A DNA stretch of 64,000 nt. Origin: Macrostomum lignano (taxonomy: Eukaryota). The stretch spans positions 1-64,000 of the forward strand of contig NIVC01003930.1 in assembly GCA_002269645.1 (NCBI GenBank), written 5' to 3'. The notes under the pieces are model-generated. The model had not been told where the DNA came from. It saw only the letters and a list, made by a program, of their open reading frames with translations, and searched no databases. Shown piece after piece: positions 21,401 through 35,505 of the stretch (the stretch's first letter is position 1; each line of letters starts with the position of its first letter). A program made the translations under genes and the position numbers.

Positions 21401-24254
21401 CCACCAGTTCCAAAATAGTGTGTTGCTGAGCCTGTTGCGACTCCTCGCCGCTGCAGCATGTGAGCGCTCTGCTGCTTACATCGTCAGCAATGCTAAACTT
21501 TGGACCTCCGATTTTACTTTTAATGTAGTTGAATAATAGCTGCCTCTCTTCGACATTCCCATTTGTGTACAGATGGTCAAGAGTATTTACAGCAATGCTG
21601 ATGACTTTGCTCTTGAGGCGCTTTAGCTGGTTATAACATTCCTCAGTATTGGCCATTTTTTGCTTCAGCTGAATGATCAGCAGAATGCAGCTGGGAATCA
21701 GCTCGAACTGCCTCGTTAGAATGAGGTCGGGAAGAAGATCAAGCTTATTGCATCTGAGCGCAAGGTCAACTATTCGTATCTCTTCTTCGTTTTCATCAAT
21801 TTTTTCAACATCGCTGGGGTGCTCCTTAGCCCAATACCGAATGAATTTTGCTTCAGTATCTAAACTTGATGGGTCCAGCTTAAGTGCTCTCCGAAGCGCC
21901 CTGGTCGAGCCATCCTTCCAGACTGCCTTGAATACGGAGACTTCAGTCGAAAGCTTGCTTGATGCGTCAGTCGAAGGGTTAGCCTGGTCTGTCTGTTCTT
22001 CTGTTTTAAATTGTGACTGGCCTCGTTCTACTTCATCTATCACCGACTGATCGACAATCTGGCTGATATATTGCATGGCGGCGGTTCGGTCAGGCAGTTT
22101 TAAAGCTGCTCGAGTCGGGTCCAGAAGGCGAAGAAACTCCAGCTCTGATTTCCCCGTTCCCTCCGCAAGCCTTTTTAGCTGATCTGCGCTGCGAGCGTAA
22201 TCTACGCAAGTGCGCCCATCATCGTCTCTTGCGTAGATGCTAAGGCTCTTTTTCACTAAGTAAGCAATGTTAGACTTGTGACCGGTCCGGCAGGCGAAGT
22301 GCAGGCAGGTTGCACCCTTGTATGGACCTCTCTCGACTTTTTTGCTCCGCAGTTCGGCTTTCTTCACTCCAGCAATCTCAGAAAGTGGTAGCATCAGTTT
22401 CACCAGGTTGTACTTGCATGCGAACTCGTGAACTACGTGAACGCCGGCCTTGCTGAGAAAAACTTCTTTTAATTTTTCTTCCCAATTATTTTTTTTTGCG
22501 TCAGTCAAAATGTTAATCAGAATTTCCTCATTTATCTGGGAGCAGTGAAGAAAGTTTTTTCCCATATTGTTTTCCTGCCTAATTCCATCAGCCGTTTTAT
22601 CAGCAAAGAATTTCAGAAATTTAAAAAACTTTAATGAAGAATATCCGTTATCGTTATTGCGATTCATGAACACAGCGTGTAAAAGGCTGTTTCCATCGGC
22701 ATCGACTTCTGTGAAAGCTGATTTATCCAGTTTTTTCGATTGCAACTCAAAAGCAGAGAAATTCCATTTCATGCAGGCGTAGAAAAGTATGTTTCTGTTT
22801 CTATTGTCGCGCTTAGCAATGAATTCCCCCCAATCATCAAAGGAAAGTTCCTCCTCAACAATCGAAAGTTCATCTTTTCTTTCGGCCGCAAAGTGCAAAA
22901 CTGTTTGGCCGTCGACATTAGGCTTGTCACAAATTTGCTTTATGCACTCATCTTTCTCTTTGTCTACGCCAGGTTTCTTCATGAGCTCTAATATCTTGCG
23001 GAATGTTTCTTTTTTCTTGTACCTAGCGGCAGAGTGCAGGTAACCGTTTTCAGACTCATCGGTATGCGTAAAAAACTTATCTATATTATTTTCAGCGAAA
23101 ACCTCCACCATCTCTTTTGTCGTGCTGTCTGTGCTATACTGGATAACTGCCTGCAACACCGTCTGATACATTGAGTTCTCCCAATTAAGGCACTCATCGC
23201 CAAATAGCTTTTCCACTACCCGGAACACTTCGCCATCTTTGCAGTTCGGATTCCGGTTCCTAGAGGCGCAGTGGGCCAGCGTGCTTCCGTCGGACTCTTT
23301 CAGGTTTTTCATTTTCTCAATGACCTCCTCCCATACTTGGGTTGGAACACGGTCCCTTAAGTTTAATCTTGTACTCGTTTCGTATTTTCCTTCCTGTTGC
23401 TGACCATTGGTTGTTGAGGAGCCTTGGTGATCTGAATCATTGCTCTCACCTCTCAGGATGACTGAAATAAAGTGATTTATCGCCTGTTCAAGCAGATCCT
23501 TTACAGTTTCGGCACTGCAGTGCTCAACTGCCTCATGCAGCACCGTGCGACCTCTGTTGTTTCGCCATAGCAACCGATGTGGGTTGTTTCCGTGGAGCAC
23601 CGATTTGATGACTTCTTCATCTCCAGTGTTTCTAGCAGCAAAGTGGGCCAGCGTGTCTCCCAGTTTATTTCTATGAGTTGAGCTCCGCAACTCTTGTACC
23701 GCATCTGGAAATAGCTTATTAAACTGCTGCAGTGAATAGTTCTGAGCAGCATATTGAAGCGGAGTTACAGAGTTGCAGTCTTCATGCTTCAGACAAGACG
23801 TACCCAGTTTTTGTACTAATTTCTTGAGCAGTTCTGCTCCTTCAGCCCTCATTGCGGCATAGTGAGCGGCAGTTCTCTGGTGCTTGTCGTATTGCAGCCC
23901 AAGCTGTTGGGCGGACTTGTCTGCAACAAATTTAACCGCTTCTTTAAATTTTCCATCGAGTACGTTAACCAGCAGATCGCTCATGAATCCGTAATCCAGA
24001 GGCGGCCGTTTCTGCAGCCCATCATCCTCATCATCCTCAGAATCTTGATTATCAGGTATCTCTTCCTTCTTCCAGTCAATCGCCCAAAGTTGACCAATAC
24101 GGTTAGGAACCTTGTATGAGTCAGTCGCTGCAAATTCATTCCTGAAGACATCTCCGTCAGATGGCGCGTGCCTTTCGACTTCAGTTGGATCTGAGACTGA
24201 GCTGTTTGAACTCTTACTACCCTGCTCGTCAGTAGGGTGATCGGCAGTAGGCAT
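18404..24254 (-). CDS. Ankyrin-repeat TRP cation channel (exons 24254-20373, 20267-19958, probable 18762-18404)
   Basis: About 14 ankyrin-like repeats (e.g. GRTVLHEAV, GQTVLHFAA, GATCLHFAC), six TM segments, LLIALFS followed by a TRP-like helix, and a coiled coil in exon 2. Intron 20372-20268 is phase 0 (GTGAGA/ttacag). Intron 19957-18763 is phase 1 (GTAGAA/ctaaccag) and keeps frame. Exon 2 could instead stop at 19947. Confidence 0.85.
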
Positions 24255-24699
24255 GACTGAGAGTTAGCCCCTATTACCTGTTCAAATAAAATTTAGAGAA
24301 TTATGAGCCACTTTTCTATCATTTATAAGCGCAAATTAATTAAACTGGCGTAGCATCTGTTTTTGATGAAAATTAAATAAACGCTTCTAAAGTATCTAGT
24401 CTTGTAGCATTAATTAAAACAACAGATTAAAAAAATATTTTTTACGTATATAAACATACATATATATATATACTATATCCACCGTATTTTTGTTGAGGTT
24501 TATATTTGTGGGATATAAACCTCAAAAAAAAAAATATCAAATAAATATTCAGTCTTATAGCCATGCTACTTTGGTGCTAATACTAAAAATCTTCCCCCTT
24601 TTGGAGAGGAAACAAAGAAAAGAATATATTATTTAACAAACTACGCTCGTACACGTAGGTTTCAAGCTTGCTAATATTCTAATATAAATAATGTCAAAG

Positions 24700-25262
24700 T
24701 AAATAAAGCATCAGCCCTGAAAGCCAGTTTTCTAGCTTAGGATATCAGCATCCCTGTGAGCTATGACTCAAAGCATCTGAGCAAACATCATGTGCAACAG
24801 AATCCCCCTATGAGCCTTGACATCTTAGCAATCCCCCTATGAGCCTTGACATCTCAGCAATTCCCTTATGAGCCTTGACATCTCAGCAATTTCCTTATGA
24901 GCCTTGAAAATTTAAAAATTCCCCCGATGAGTATTAACTTGCTCTGAGATGTCAAAGCTCATAAAAAAACTGTTCGATGGCCGGATTTTTAAACTCCGGC
25001 CCGTGGCTCATTGGGCTAGGGGCTTAAGGTTCAACCATAAAAGAATTAAGACTCGTAGAGGAACCGCTATGATGTCAAGATACATCATGGCATGGGGGAT
25101 TTCTGAGCTGTCAAGGGTTATGAGAGAATTGCTGAGATGCTTGGCTCATTGGATGTTGTTCTTATGCTTCATCTTGAGCCAATGTTCATAGAGTACATTC
25201 GTATGCTGATATCTCAGGCTAGATAGCTGGCTGGCTTTCTGAGCTGCGGCTTTTTTCTTTTA
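24700..25262. mobile_element. Foldback/MITE-like element with long imperfect inverted arms built from 29-bp units
   Basis: gaaagccag..ctagc..gatatcagcat (~24719-24750) is mirrored at ~25203-25238. Four ccctatgagccttgacatctcagcaatcc-like units on the left have inverted degenerate copies on the right. Confidence 0.55.
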
Positions 25263-28200
25263 CAAATCATTTTACCTATTAACAATGGTGACTGTACCGT
25301 AGGTCAAAACTTGCATATTGTTAACAGGGACTACTCAAACATCGGGACGGCCCGGGAAACTAGGCAAATCATGGCGAAGTTTTTACGAGACTGGTAAATC
25401 TATGGCCGCGCCAATGCAGCAGTAGCTATTTCAATATTTCAATAAATCTTCAATTAATTTTTGGCATTTCTGTAGCTAATTGGAATAAACTGATTTGTTT
25501 TCAAATTTATTCAAAGTGAAACTTTATAGGATTTTTAAGCTCGTGTACGTACGAGTAATTCTGCTGAAAATTATTGTTTCCAAGAAATTCACTACATATT
25601 TAAGCATGACCTTTTGTGAATATTGGACTTTTGACAACAACCTTAACCGTCAGTCTCAATATTTCTCTTCTTTTAGATTCAGGTCTGATAGGTGAAGAAG
25701 CTATTTAAGCTACTCTACGACCCATACTACTAGTAGTACTGTACTCTAAGCACCTTTTACAACTGGATATCCAAGTAGCCCAATTTCGCACTCTCAAATA
25801 GCCAGTTAATGCACAATCAGAATGAGAATAAGCACTGGAAAGGCGCTCTCACATCGGAGCGAAGAAACAACGGACTCTACTTGCCTCGACCGCAGCTATC
25901 GAGGCAGACCAGCTCCGGACCAGCCGACCTCAATACAAAAAGGATGATAACGAAGCTGAGGTTTGAGGGTCAAGCCAGCAGCCTGCGAATGCGTGACACA
26001 AAAGACTCGCGGCAAATTGCTTTTAGTTGGGGGGCTTGAAGGTTGTCTAATATCGTCAAGCTCCATGAGCGCTAACCCTAGCCCGCTCAAACTATTGATT
26101 GCTTTGCATTGTGCCTATTCTCTTTTGTTGCATTTCTGATACTCTGCCTTGAATAAGATTCGGTACGACGAATATTGAGATGTGAACCGCACACTCATAA
26201 TAGGGCAGTTAGCTAAAAGCCAGTGTGTTTGAAAGTCTGTCTGTTCTCTGCAAGCAGGAGACAGCAGGAAACAAAAAGACCTGATATAGAGGTTCAGCCA
26301 ATAAGCTAAGAAGTGCTCAACCTGCAGGCGCAGACAGGCTGGCGGCAGGAGGAGCAGGCGCGGACAATAGCATAAAAGAAAGCACCGCTTGAGTTCGAAG
26401 TCGCACTGTTCTAACCTCTAACCAGCTCGTTTGCCCCAGGCAAGAAATGCACTAAAGCAAAGACTATTCTACTGCTCACAGCAGTTGTCAATGTGATCGT
26501 CTCACGCTTCAGATTTTGATGACTAGGTGCCATCTAGTGTGCGATCTGTACCTGTACCATAGCAGTGTAGCTATCTTGCAGTGTACTGCATCATTGTCGC
26601 GTAGTGCAACCATTTCGGTTGGTGTGGGTCCATAAAATCAATTGGAATTTAATACTCTTAAAATGGGGTCTAACAATGTCTAGATAATTTCTGACACGAT
26701 AATTCTTGGCACACTGAAATTTATAGATTAGACTGATACTATTCCCAGGAAAATCCAACTCTCCTTGTAGGTTTCAAGTTAGAGTTCAGTATAGCTACAA
26801 GTTAGCTTCAGTTTTAGGTAGGATAGGATAGGGTAAGAGTAAGGTTAGGGTGGAATCTGTGTAGGGTATGATAAGGTACGGTGACTAAAATATGAACCCA
26901 CGCCTAACCATCAAATAACCTACCCTATCCTCCCTAACACTGCCCTATTTACTTACCCTACCTCAATACCTGTATAACTTAGGGTAGGGTTAGGCTAGGT
27001 TTAAGTAGGGTAAGGTAAGGTAGGATAGGTAATTCTACTCTTAAGGTAAGGTAGGGTAGGGTAGGGTTACTGTAGGTGATGAATCAAGGAGTTGCAGGAA
27101 TCAGCTAACAATGGAGTCAAAAAGTAGTGTTTTTGTCAAAATAATATTAGCAAAGATATCTTATACTCGTACAATCGTAAAAAGCTCAAACTTCAACGCT
27201 TACCTGGGATCAAAATTGGTTTGAAAAGTAAAATTAAAGCGACTCTGTTTTAAAAACCACGACGGGACTACTTATGGCACGATTCTGTGCCAAGCCAGCA
27301 AAACCGCACCCGACTGTCGCCTGGGCAGGATTTTGAAGAGCGAGATTTTGTTATAATATACTTTTCAGCCACTAAATTATAGGCTGTGCTGTGCTCCGTC
27401 TGTACGGTATTCCTGGGCCTAGCAATGGATGCATCCTGGCATAATATCTGGAAGATAAAGGGGTGCAGAGATGTATTTTTTGCATCGATTTTAACAAAAG
27501 AACTGAGAAGAGGCCGAATACAATTGAATAGAGAAGACTGGCGGCCCAGTTGGCCGCACCGCACCCGTTATGAGATGATTTCAGCATATCTGCCTTTAGT
27601 AGTGCGGGTTGGCAGAACGCTGCCAAGAGAGCACTATAAGGAGATCGAAGGGCAGAAAGTGGCGAGGGGCGGGGACGAGAGAAGAGTATGTGAAGAGTTC
27701 GCCTTTGGCACACTCGAGAATGAGAAGGAGAGAAGAGAGAAAGAGAGGAAGAGAATTGGGTTTAATGTCTAAAGGTATGGACTCGGGCCACTTCCAAGTC
27801 TGTGAGCACATTTCAGTGATCTATAACTGTTGCAGACTCCTCTTCTTGCGGCACATCATCGTCTATCACCTCACGTAGGTCTCTTCTCCGGGATCTGAAC
27901 TTGGTCCGTACCCGAGAGTTTACGCGCTAGTTTACAATAAAATTCTATTCCTTGAGCTCAGAGGTCTAAAATAGAGATTAGCCTAATAATAGTCTAGTTA
28001 GTCCTGTTTGTGAGGAATGGAGAAAGCTTTAGAGAAAGATTTTACAGATATTCCACAAAAACCCGATTGCATACACAACAACTATTCTAGAATAATCAAA
28101 AGCAGAAATCGAATTTCTTACTCACAGTAGGGCATTCAAAAAGATTGCATTGAAACTTTGCGATGGAAAATATGTATAGAAGTTGTTGAATTTCCAAACT

Positions 28201-29285
28201 AGAAAGTTCGATTCAAAATTAGTTTCGCATCCAATTTCGGTCAGTGGTCGGTTTCAGACTCATGCAGACTTCTCCAGCGGGTTAGTACTTACGTTTTTGA
28301 GTAGGCTTAAGTGCGCTTGTGGGTTGAAATTTCATGATTTAATCTACCTCTCTCTGTCTACTTCGTAGTTCCAACTTGTCATTCTTATCCCTCTTCATCT
28401 CTGCCTTTTGAGTGGCTGCTTAATCTGCCTCCGTCCACAAGCTCCCTCCTAACTCTCACATGTTTTCAACCCCCTCCCATAGTTTACTGACATAAATACT
28501 CGTACATTTGGCTCAGGCCGTAAAGACGGTCTCAAACCACAGTGAAGACTAATGTACAATATTTCATGCACTGTCGGAAAAAAGCATTAAAACAGTCATA
28601 GAGTAAATAAGAGTAAGTCCGAAAATATGCTAAAATACTTTCATTACTACTATGAATTATAGAAATTCGAAATACAATATGAATACAGGTAATAACTGAC
28701 GAGGAATTGAATTACATTATGAAAGCTGAGTAAGTAAGCATCAAAACAAAAATTCTAGGATAGAACTTTGGGCTTTTCCAAAAACAACAGAGAGTGTGCA
28801 ACATACGGCCAGTCGCTTATGTCTGAACAGCCTGAAATCTGAGTCAGTGACAGGTCACACAGCTGCTGTTTGGGAGGGCAGCAGAAGCAATAAATATTTA
28901 ACCGACGCATCAATCTTCTTTGGTTGATTTCTCCTTTAACAGAGGTTATGAAGAAGCACACAAATTTAACTAATTTGATATATTAAACTGTAATTTACGG
29001 CACAGAGCTGCATAAATCAAATTTCTCGAACACAGAAGGGTATTCGCAAAAAGCTATAAAGAAACTTACAGTTAGAAGTGTGATGGCAAATTGCTAGAAA
29101 AATTAGCTTCGTGTTCAATATCGTGTTAAATTTTTCAAGATGCAAATTTTTCCAGCCAGTCAGTACTTTAAATAGGCTTAGGTATGCTTGACGGTTAAAT
29201 TTGTATGACATGATTTACCTCCAATTTGCGGTTCTTAGAGTTCGTCTGCTCTGCTCAACCGCACCAGCATCCGCTTCATTCGCAC

Positions 29286-32003
29286 TCAGCCACGGACAAA
29301 GAAGTCGCCGCTGCTTTCGCTGCTGAATGCAGCCGGGACCGCAGCGAACTCCAGCAGGTGGCACAGGCGCTGCTGCTGGCTGAAGATCACCGCCTGGCAA
29401 CCGGAACTTTTACTGGAGCACAGAGACACGCACTGGATCCGACTCGGAACGCTCACAGTCATAAAGTTCGGCGCATCAGGGATGTTGAGCTCAACGAATG
29501 TCCGGTTGCCGCGGACGAAGAAGCTGTTACCTTCGATTCGGAATGAATAACTTAAAGTTTAACTTAAAGTTAAAGGCCTCCTTGTGGGGAAGCCTTCGGG
29601 CCTCAGGTCTCAGAAATAAATCAATTAGAGTCCTGGCCCCCCACTCCTGTCAGATGGTCAGCCCCATGGTAGCTTGATCGTGTGGCGAGCAGTCTAGGTC
29701 CTATAGCTAAGAGAGGGACAGCGAGAGACAAGCAGAGAGAATTTTGAAGGTAGAAATTAGTTAACCCGCAGGTTAGCTAACTCGCTGCCACCAGCCCGTA
29801 CGTCCTGGCTCACCACACCGGGACTCTCGAAATCGGGCTTCCGACTAGAAGGGGCTTTGCACTTACCTGCCAACTAGTGTCTTTTTGCTGTCTATCTCGA
29901 AGTCATAGCCGATGATAAGGGACACTGCTGGGACTTGATCGCATTGGCCATGCAGGTACAGAGGGGACTTGTGCAGGGGATTCTTGCAGTGGCGAGACTA
30001 TGGGGTAGCTACATGTACTATTACATTGCGAAATACGAAGATATGTACTTTTGGCCTTCAACGCGCCAACTAGCCTCTCATAGCGCTGATGATAGACTAA
30101 CTCGAACTTCAGAGACCGCATGATTCATCACCCGAGCCGCTTGGCGAACCTAGAGTGCACAAAGTACATCTCTCACTGCTCACCGATGCTCACCGATTTG
30201 GTAGATTGATCGACTGAGAACTGCCTTGCCATTGGTCCACTGCGACCGGCGCCTACTAGCTTAGCTACTCATCTGAGCCATCGGCGAACAAAGAAATAAA
30301 ACAGATAAAAATAACTGTTAGATTTAACCTTCTCCTTAGATCACTTCACACTTCAGATCAAATTGGAGTTTCAGACTACTAGCAGTATTATTGAATGACT
30401 TCTGCCTCAGCAACAGCACTACTGAACAAAATGAGCAAAAGTGTGCGCCTAATCCAGCTACTGAAACAGGGGACAGATAGGGGGTCACCCAATCAAGCAA
30501 ATCTAGGTAGCCTCTCACCCAACCAATCAGAAACTCAACAGCCGGAGACCAGGTAATCCACAGTGACCGAATCGGCTTGATACTTCGCAGCTGTAGACTC
30601 GGGATGATGCTGTCACAGTCTTTGCAGATAGCTAGCAGGTGATGCTCTTCGTTTGATGTTCGCTGCTGATGACCGGGGGATTCGTCCTTGATGATAATGG
30701 GGGGAAGTCGCAACCCGGGGATCAAGAAACGACGGTCGCGCTCCGGGATGTCTCAAGCTAGGCTAAGGTCCCAGGAGGTTGAAGTCCGAGCGGGCCAAAA
30801 ACACCGGTTTAAATAGCCGCCAACTGGACCGCAGTTTGTTATAATGGAACACGTCGATTCTGATTAGCTGAGCCGTTTTGTTAAAATGAGCGTCGAATTT
30901 TCTGATTGGCTAAGCTTGTTGCTACCCAGAATCACGTGACCGAGAGATCCTATCAGTTCCCACAGGGTCGTAAAAAGATGACAGGTGCGGCCATAAATCA
31001 CTCAAAATCGCAACAAAATGATTTATGACTTTTCACGTAGGATTGACAGAAATTAATGAAAAAATATACACTAGAAAGCTCTTGTTAAATAGAAAGTGAA
31101 GACAATGCAGAGAAATCGCTAATCGCTAATCCCAAAGTACTTTTAGGGGTAAAACGCATAGCTGTCAAAGCTGTCACACGCTTGAGTGAACCCGAACAAT
31201 AGGCTCTGACCTCAAAAATCTTGATGGCCTGTCAAAATGATGAGAAAAAAAAGCTACCGCCCGCATCCTCTCAGACCATCTGGCGCCCACCTCAACACTG
31301 AGTGAGGCGCAGGTGGCTGTCAGACCAACTTCGGAAGCGATGATTTATGACCCAAAAAGCTATGCCTATGTTATTATGACTACTAGTATGACCAGACATT
31401 ATATCTAGTATAGATTCTATGACTATTCACAGATAAAGGATAAAAATGCTCATTGCCCACTGTTAGTAGGCTAGTAAGTTTAGAGCCCATGTGCTAGCGC
31501 GGGGTTTGGAAAAAAGTGCGTCCTCATCAAGATGCTGAACAAGTGGCCACCAGCAGCATCAACTCACCGTTGGTGTAGCTCAGCCGGAGCACCCGGTTTC
31601 GGTAGGCGCCTCCGCAGTTCTGGCCCCAGTTTCCACTGCAGACATGGTTGCACTCCCAGTCAGGAGCAGCGCCCTGCGACCCGTAGGAGTTGCCGCATGT
31701 GCACCAGTACATGGCCTGCAGAGCCGCGAACTGGAAGCCGCCCAGAGCGCAGACGCTGCTGCACAGCTCGTGAGTCATTATCCAGAAGCTGCGGACAAAA
31801 GCGCCACTGGCATCGTTTATCGGGGATACCTCGGAGCTGCCGATCCGTGTGAGACCCAGGTGCTTCATGTCACCGACGTCTCTCACGCCATTTGTATTGT
31901 CAAAGAAGCAGCCGAGGTCCGAGGTCTGGAACTGGCGGCAGAGAGCGGCGCAGATGAGGCAGCTCAGGATCGGAGCAGTACAGAGAATCCTGCAGAGAGG
32001 CAT
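29286..32003 (-). CDS. Secreted WSC-domain + PAN/Apple-domain protein (exons 32003-31568 and 29608-29286; exon 2 has an in-frame TAA from a 12-nt duplication)
   Basis: Signal peptide. WSC motif MTHELCSSVC..FAALQ..WCTCGNSYG..CNHVCSGN..QNCGG..N. Phase-1 donor AACG|GTGAGT. Exon 2 reads SRIQCVSLCSSKSSGCQAVIFSQQQRLCHLL (PAN). The acceptor is an atypical GAG. Confidence 0.7.
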
Positions 32004-33002
32004 GGCCAGGCTGGGTTTGTCAGTGCGGCATCAAGCAGAAGATTGCCGAATCTTTGTGCGAGAGAGAGGCTAAATAACAGCAGCCTTATTGATGCGTTGC
32101 CATGGAGACTCTCAGCAGGCAGCCGCTTGCATGTCGGTAAACAGCTGTCGGAGCGGCGTGAGCCGGATTGAAATCCATCAGCTCCATGCATTAACTCGAT
32201 GTGCCCTTAGCCAGAATCAGTGAGCCGAGTGACGTTGGGAGACTCGATTTGCTTTCAGTCGCAGCCGCATGAGCCTCCATCGGGATCTCTTTTCTACTGC
32301 GGGGGTGGCGCCAAGACCATTAGGCCCACCGTGTGTCTGCGTCAATAAATGAATTTAAATTTTACCACTCAGTTTGAGAGTCAAAAGGGAAAAGCAGCTT
32401 GCGGGGATAATGAATAAGAATATTAAAAAATTCATCGGTATAAATGAGAAACAAATTTCTGTTTGTGTGTTTAAGTGCGCACCTGTGTAGTCTGTATTAG
32501 CTCAGAGTATATTTGTGCTCAGAGAGATAGAGACTGAGGCATCAATGCAAATCAACTGCTGACAAACTCAATACAAGTTAATTGGAGCGAAGGTATTCAC
32601 AAGTTTTTTATCATGGACTACTCGGAAATACTCGGATTGATAATGGAAACTGCACAGAGCTGTCTGGAACAGTGAAATTTAAAAAGTAATAAATGTAGTG
32701 ACAGATGTATTAAGTGACACTGACAGTGACCGATTACAATAAAAAAGTGTCTGCCTCTCCGAGTGTCTGCTTGTCCATTTCTTTTTCCATATACAAATAT
32801 GTTTTAGTCTAAAAAATAATTTTGTCTCAAAGCAGTTAAAAAATCGTGTTAAGAAGGTAAACAGTTTAGATCAGCGCAGAACCAGAATCAGCTATGAGAA
32901 TTACTCGCCTTAAAAATACATGTACATGTATGCAGGCTTTTGAGTTACTATCTGAAACTTCGTTTTGTCTCTAAAATACAACATAGCAACATACGAAGAG
33001 CA

Positions 33003-33069
33003 GATGTTAAACAAATGGCCATCAGCAGCAGCAACTCATCGTTGGTGCAACTCAGTTGGAGCACCCGGT
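33003..33069 (-). pseudogene. Truncated copy of the WSC exon 3' end and donor site
   Basis: Clear similarity to 31531-31597; donor GT changed to AT. Confidence 0.7.
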
Positions 33070-33118
33070 CACCTCGGCATTTCTAAAAAAAGTTTCACTT
33101 TATCAATTGATAAATATA

Positions 33119-33335
<217 letters not shown>

Positions 33336-33650
33336 TGGACAGTCAGATCAACTTTGTGTTACGTGTGACGGCACTAATTGGCACTAAGGTAAATTCATGA
33401 CATGCTTCCGGAGTAGGGAAGCACAGGATTCGTGGTGTCCTACGGATCATTTGCACAGGTATTACCGATGTCCGGTTTAGTTTCACCGGCAAATAAAAAA
33501 GAGTTTCTCTTTTGGCTCCACAAGCAGACTCCAGCTTGCAATGATTAGCAAACAATGGTTGCTACAATATAAAAACAGCTGTACCGAAGATTGCAGCTCC
33601 AGATGTGAGTTTCTGTTCTTACCCGTAGTTTCGAGTAGGTGAATTCTAAA

Positions 33651-35040
33651 ATGACTATTTTTCTTGCGACAGCGCTGTTGCTTCTGCTAGTTGAAAAATC
33701 TACAGCCAGCGACGTAGTCCAGTTCGAGAAGGTTAAAATGTGTCCAAAATCGGTTGACCCAAAGCTGCAAATTACAAATACGATGCAGTGTGCTCGAGTC
33801 TGCAGTGCTCAGACCCTGTGCAAAGGATTTCACTTTAGTCCTGGAACTGCAGGCGCTTGCTACCTGGCAATGTCGGAGTGCTCCATGATAGCGCGCTGGT
33901 CAGCCGGGAACTGCAAGTCATATCGCAAGGTGTCCGCTGGCAAGGGTGAGGATTTTTTATGAGACTCTTCTTCGAAGGGGAACTTGAGGGGCACTGTAGC
34001 TTGGCAGTAGTAGTTGTCTGACTTTCGCGTCATAACTCTTGGTTCGTTTCTGCGCGCGGCCAATCTCATTTGTGGACGTTGGGGCTTGCCGAGACACACA
34101 GAGGCTGGGGCTGGCCAGTGTTATTTCTTCAGTTATTTTCCTACAGTGCATATGCCTGACGATCAGAAAGTCCTCGTACAGTATTGGCTCGTATATGCCC
34201 AGGAGTCAACGGAATAGACAAAGGCATTGCGCGAGGGTGCCAGCAAACCTTTCTGGAATATTTAAATTATCTATTAGGGAAACTTCAAAATTTTTCCAGA
34301 GACGAGATCGCGGATGTTCAAGCAGCTGCAGGTGAAGCTCTTCTACAGCTTCAGGCGGAGCGGCCTGGTGAACGAAGTGGATCCCAGCCAGTTTTGCCTA
34401 CTCTCCGGCAATGTGCCAATTGGTACTGACGGAGCTGAGTTCAAGAATCACATCAGCTCTTACCTGATTGCTCAAACTCCGGGGTTCGAGCATTTGATAG
34501 GGAATCAAAACGCTTACTCATTCTTCATGCGAGTTCGGCATCGAGTCACGAGTGAAACGTGAGAAACGTTTTCTTGTTTACTAAAACTTAACTTCCGAGG
34601 TAATAGAACGACTCCCCTACTCCTGTTGTTTAAGTGAACACGGATACTTCATGTTTCGACAGTCATCCAAGAGTTCGCCACCAGGACTGCTGCTTAAGAG
34701 TTTCAATGGGGCTCTACTATCAATTCTCTGGACTTCGCGCAGTGACTTCCAGACGATGCAAGCTTCAAAGAAGTTGCCAAATCTTGAACAACCTGCTGAG
34801 CTGTCAATTGGCTATCAGTTCAATGGGACAACGTACGAGGCCTACTGGAACCGCTCCCTGCTGCCGATGCCAATTATCAGCTCCGAAACATTTTCCGCAC
34901 CTGGCAGCGTATTCGAGCGTCTGCAGCTCGGCTGCGTTCTGCCGATCGTCTCGTGTCTCAATGGCAGCATGGCTTGCTTTGCGATGAGCACCAGAGCTCT
35001 GAGTCCTGAAGAGTTTCAACTGATGGAAGAATTCTGCTAA
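33651..35040 (+). CDS. Secreted PAN/Apple + LamG/pentraxin-like protein, paralog A (exons 33651-33945, 34300-34558, 34635-35040)
   Basis: Signal peptide; QCARVCSAQTLCKGFHF..CYL. Phase-1 and phase-2 introns keep frame. C-terminus LNGSMACFAMSTRALSPEEF. Confidence 0.75.
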
Positions 35041-35505
35041 CCAGCTGCTTATTTTAATCTGCTATTCAATAAGACTCGAAATGAAGTTACAATTGGCACG
35101 CCAAGCAATAGTAAACCTTAGTAAACCTTAAAATAGACGTTTTACGAATCCAAAATCCTCAGTTTCTCGGCCGCCCTCTTGGAAGTAACGAATAAAACAA
35201 CTCCTAAGTACGCTCGCAATTTACTTCTCGTGGTGACCTAATTGGTCGCAATCGCTTTTCGCATCCTGTTTTCTCTGGGTTTTTGCTTTCATCAGCTAGG
35301 CAGCCGACCAAATGATGACAACTTAAATGTACTTCAATTAAGAAAGGAGTCAAGGCAAGTCAGATTATAAGTGGCAGAGCTGCAATATCGTTCGAGGTTT
35401 GGAAAGCGATTACATGTACATGTAATTTAGAAGTGTCCTGAAATTCTAGGTCTTGAGGACGAACACTAAGGCCATAATGCACAATGAGTTGTGTAGCATC
35501 GTACC

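Noticed and set aside
27036-27050. ctcttaaggta matching the 28S I-PpoI site
   Set aside because: Only 11 nt, inside a ggtaag/ggtagg low-complexity tract; consistent with chance.
25800-30800. Moderately GC-rich stretches and ORFs (e.g. 27386-27772, 30336-30725) and a PBS-like tggcgagcag at ~29684
   Set aside because: Probably decayed mobile DNA, but I found no paired LTRs, TIRs or recognisable protein motifs.
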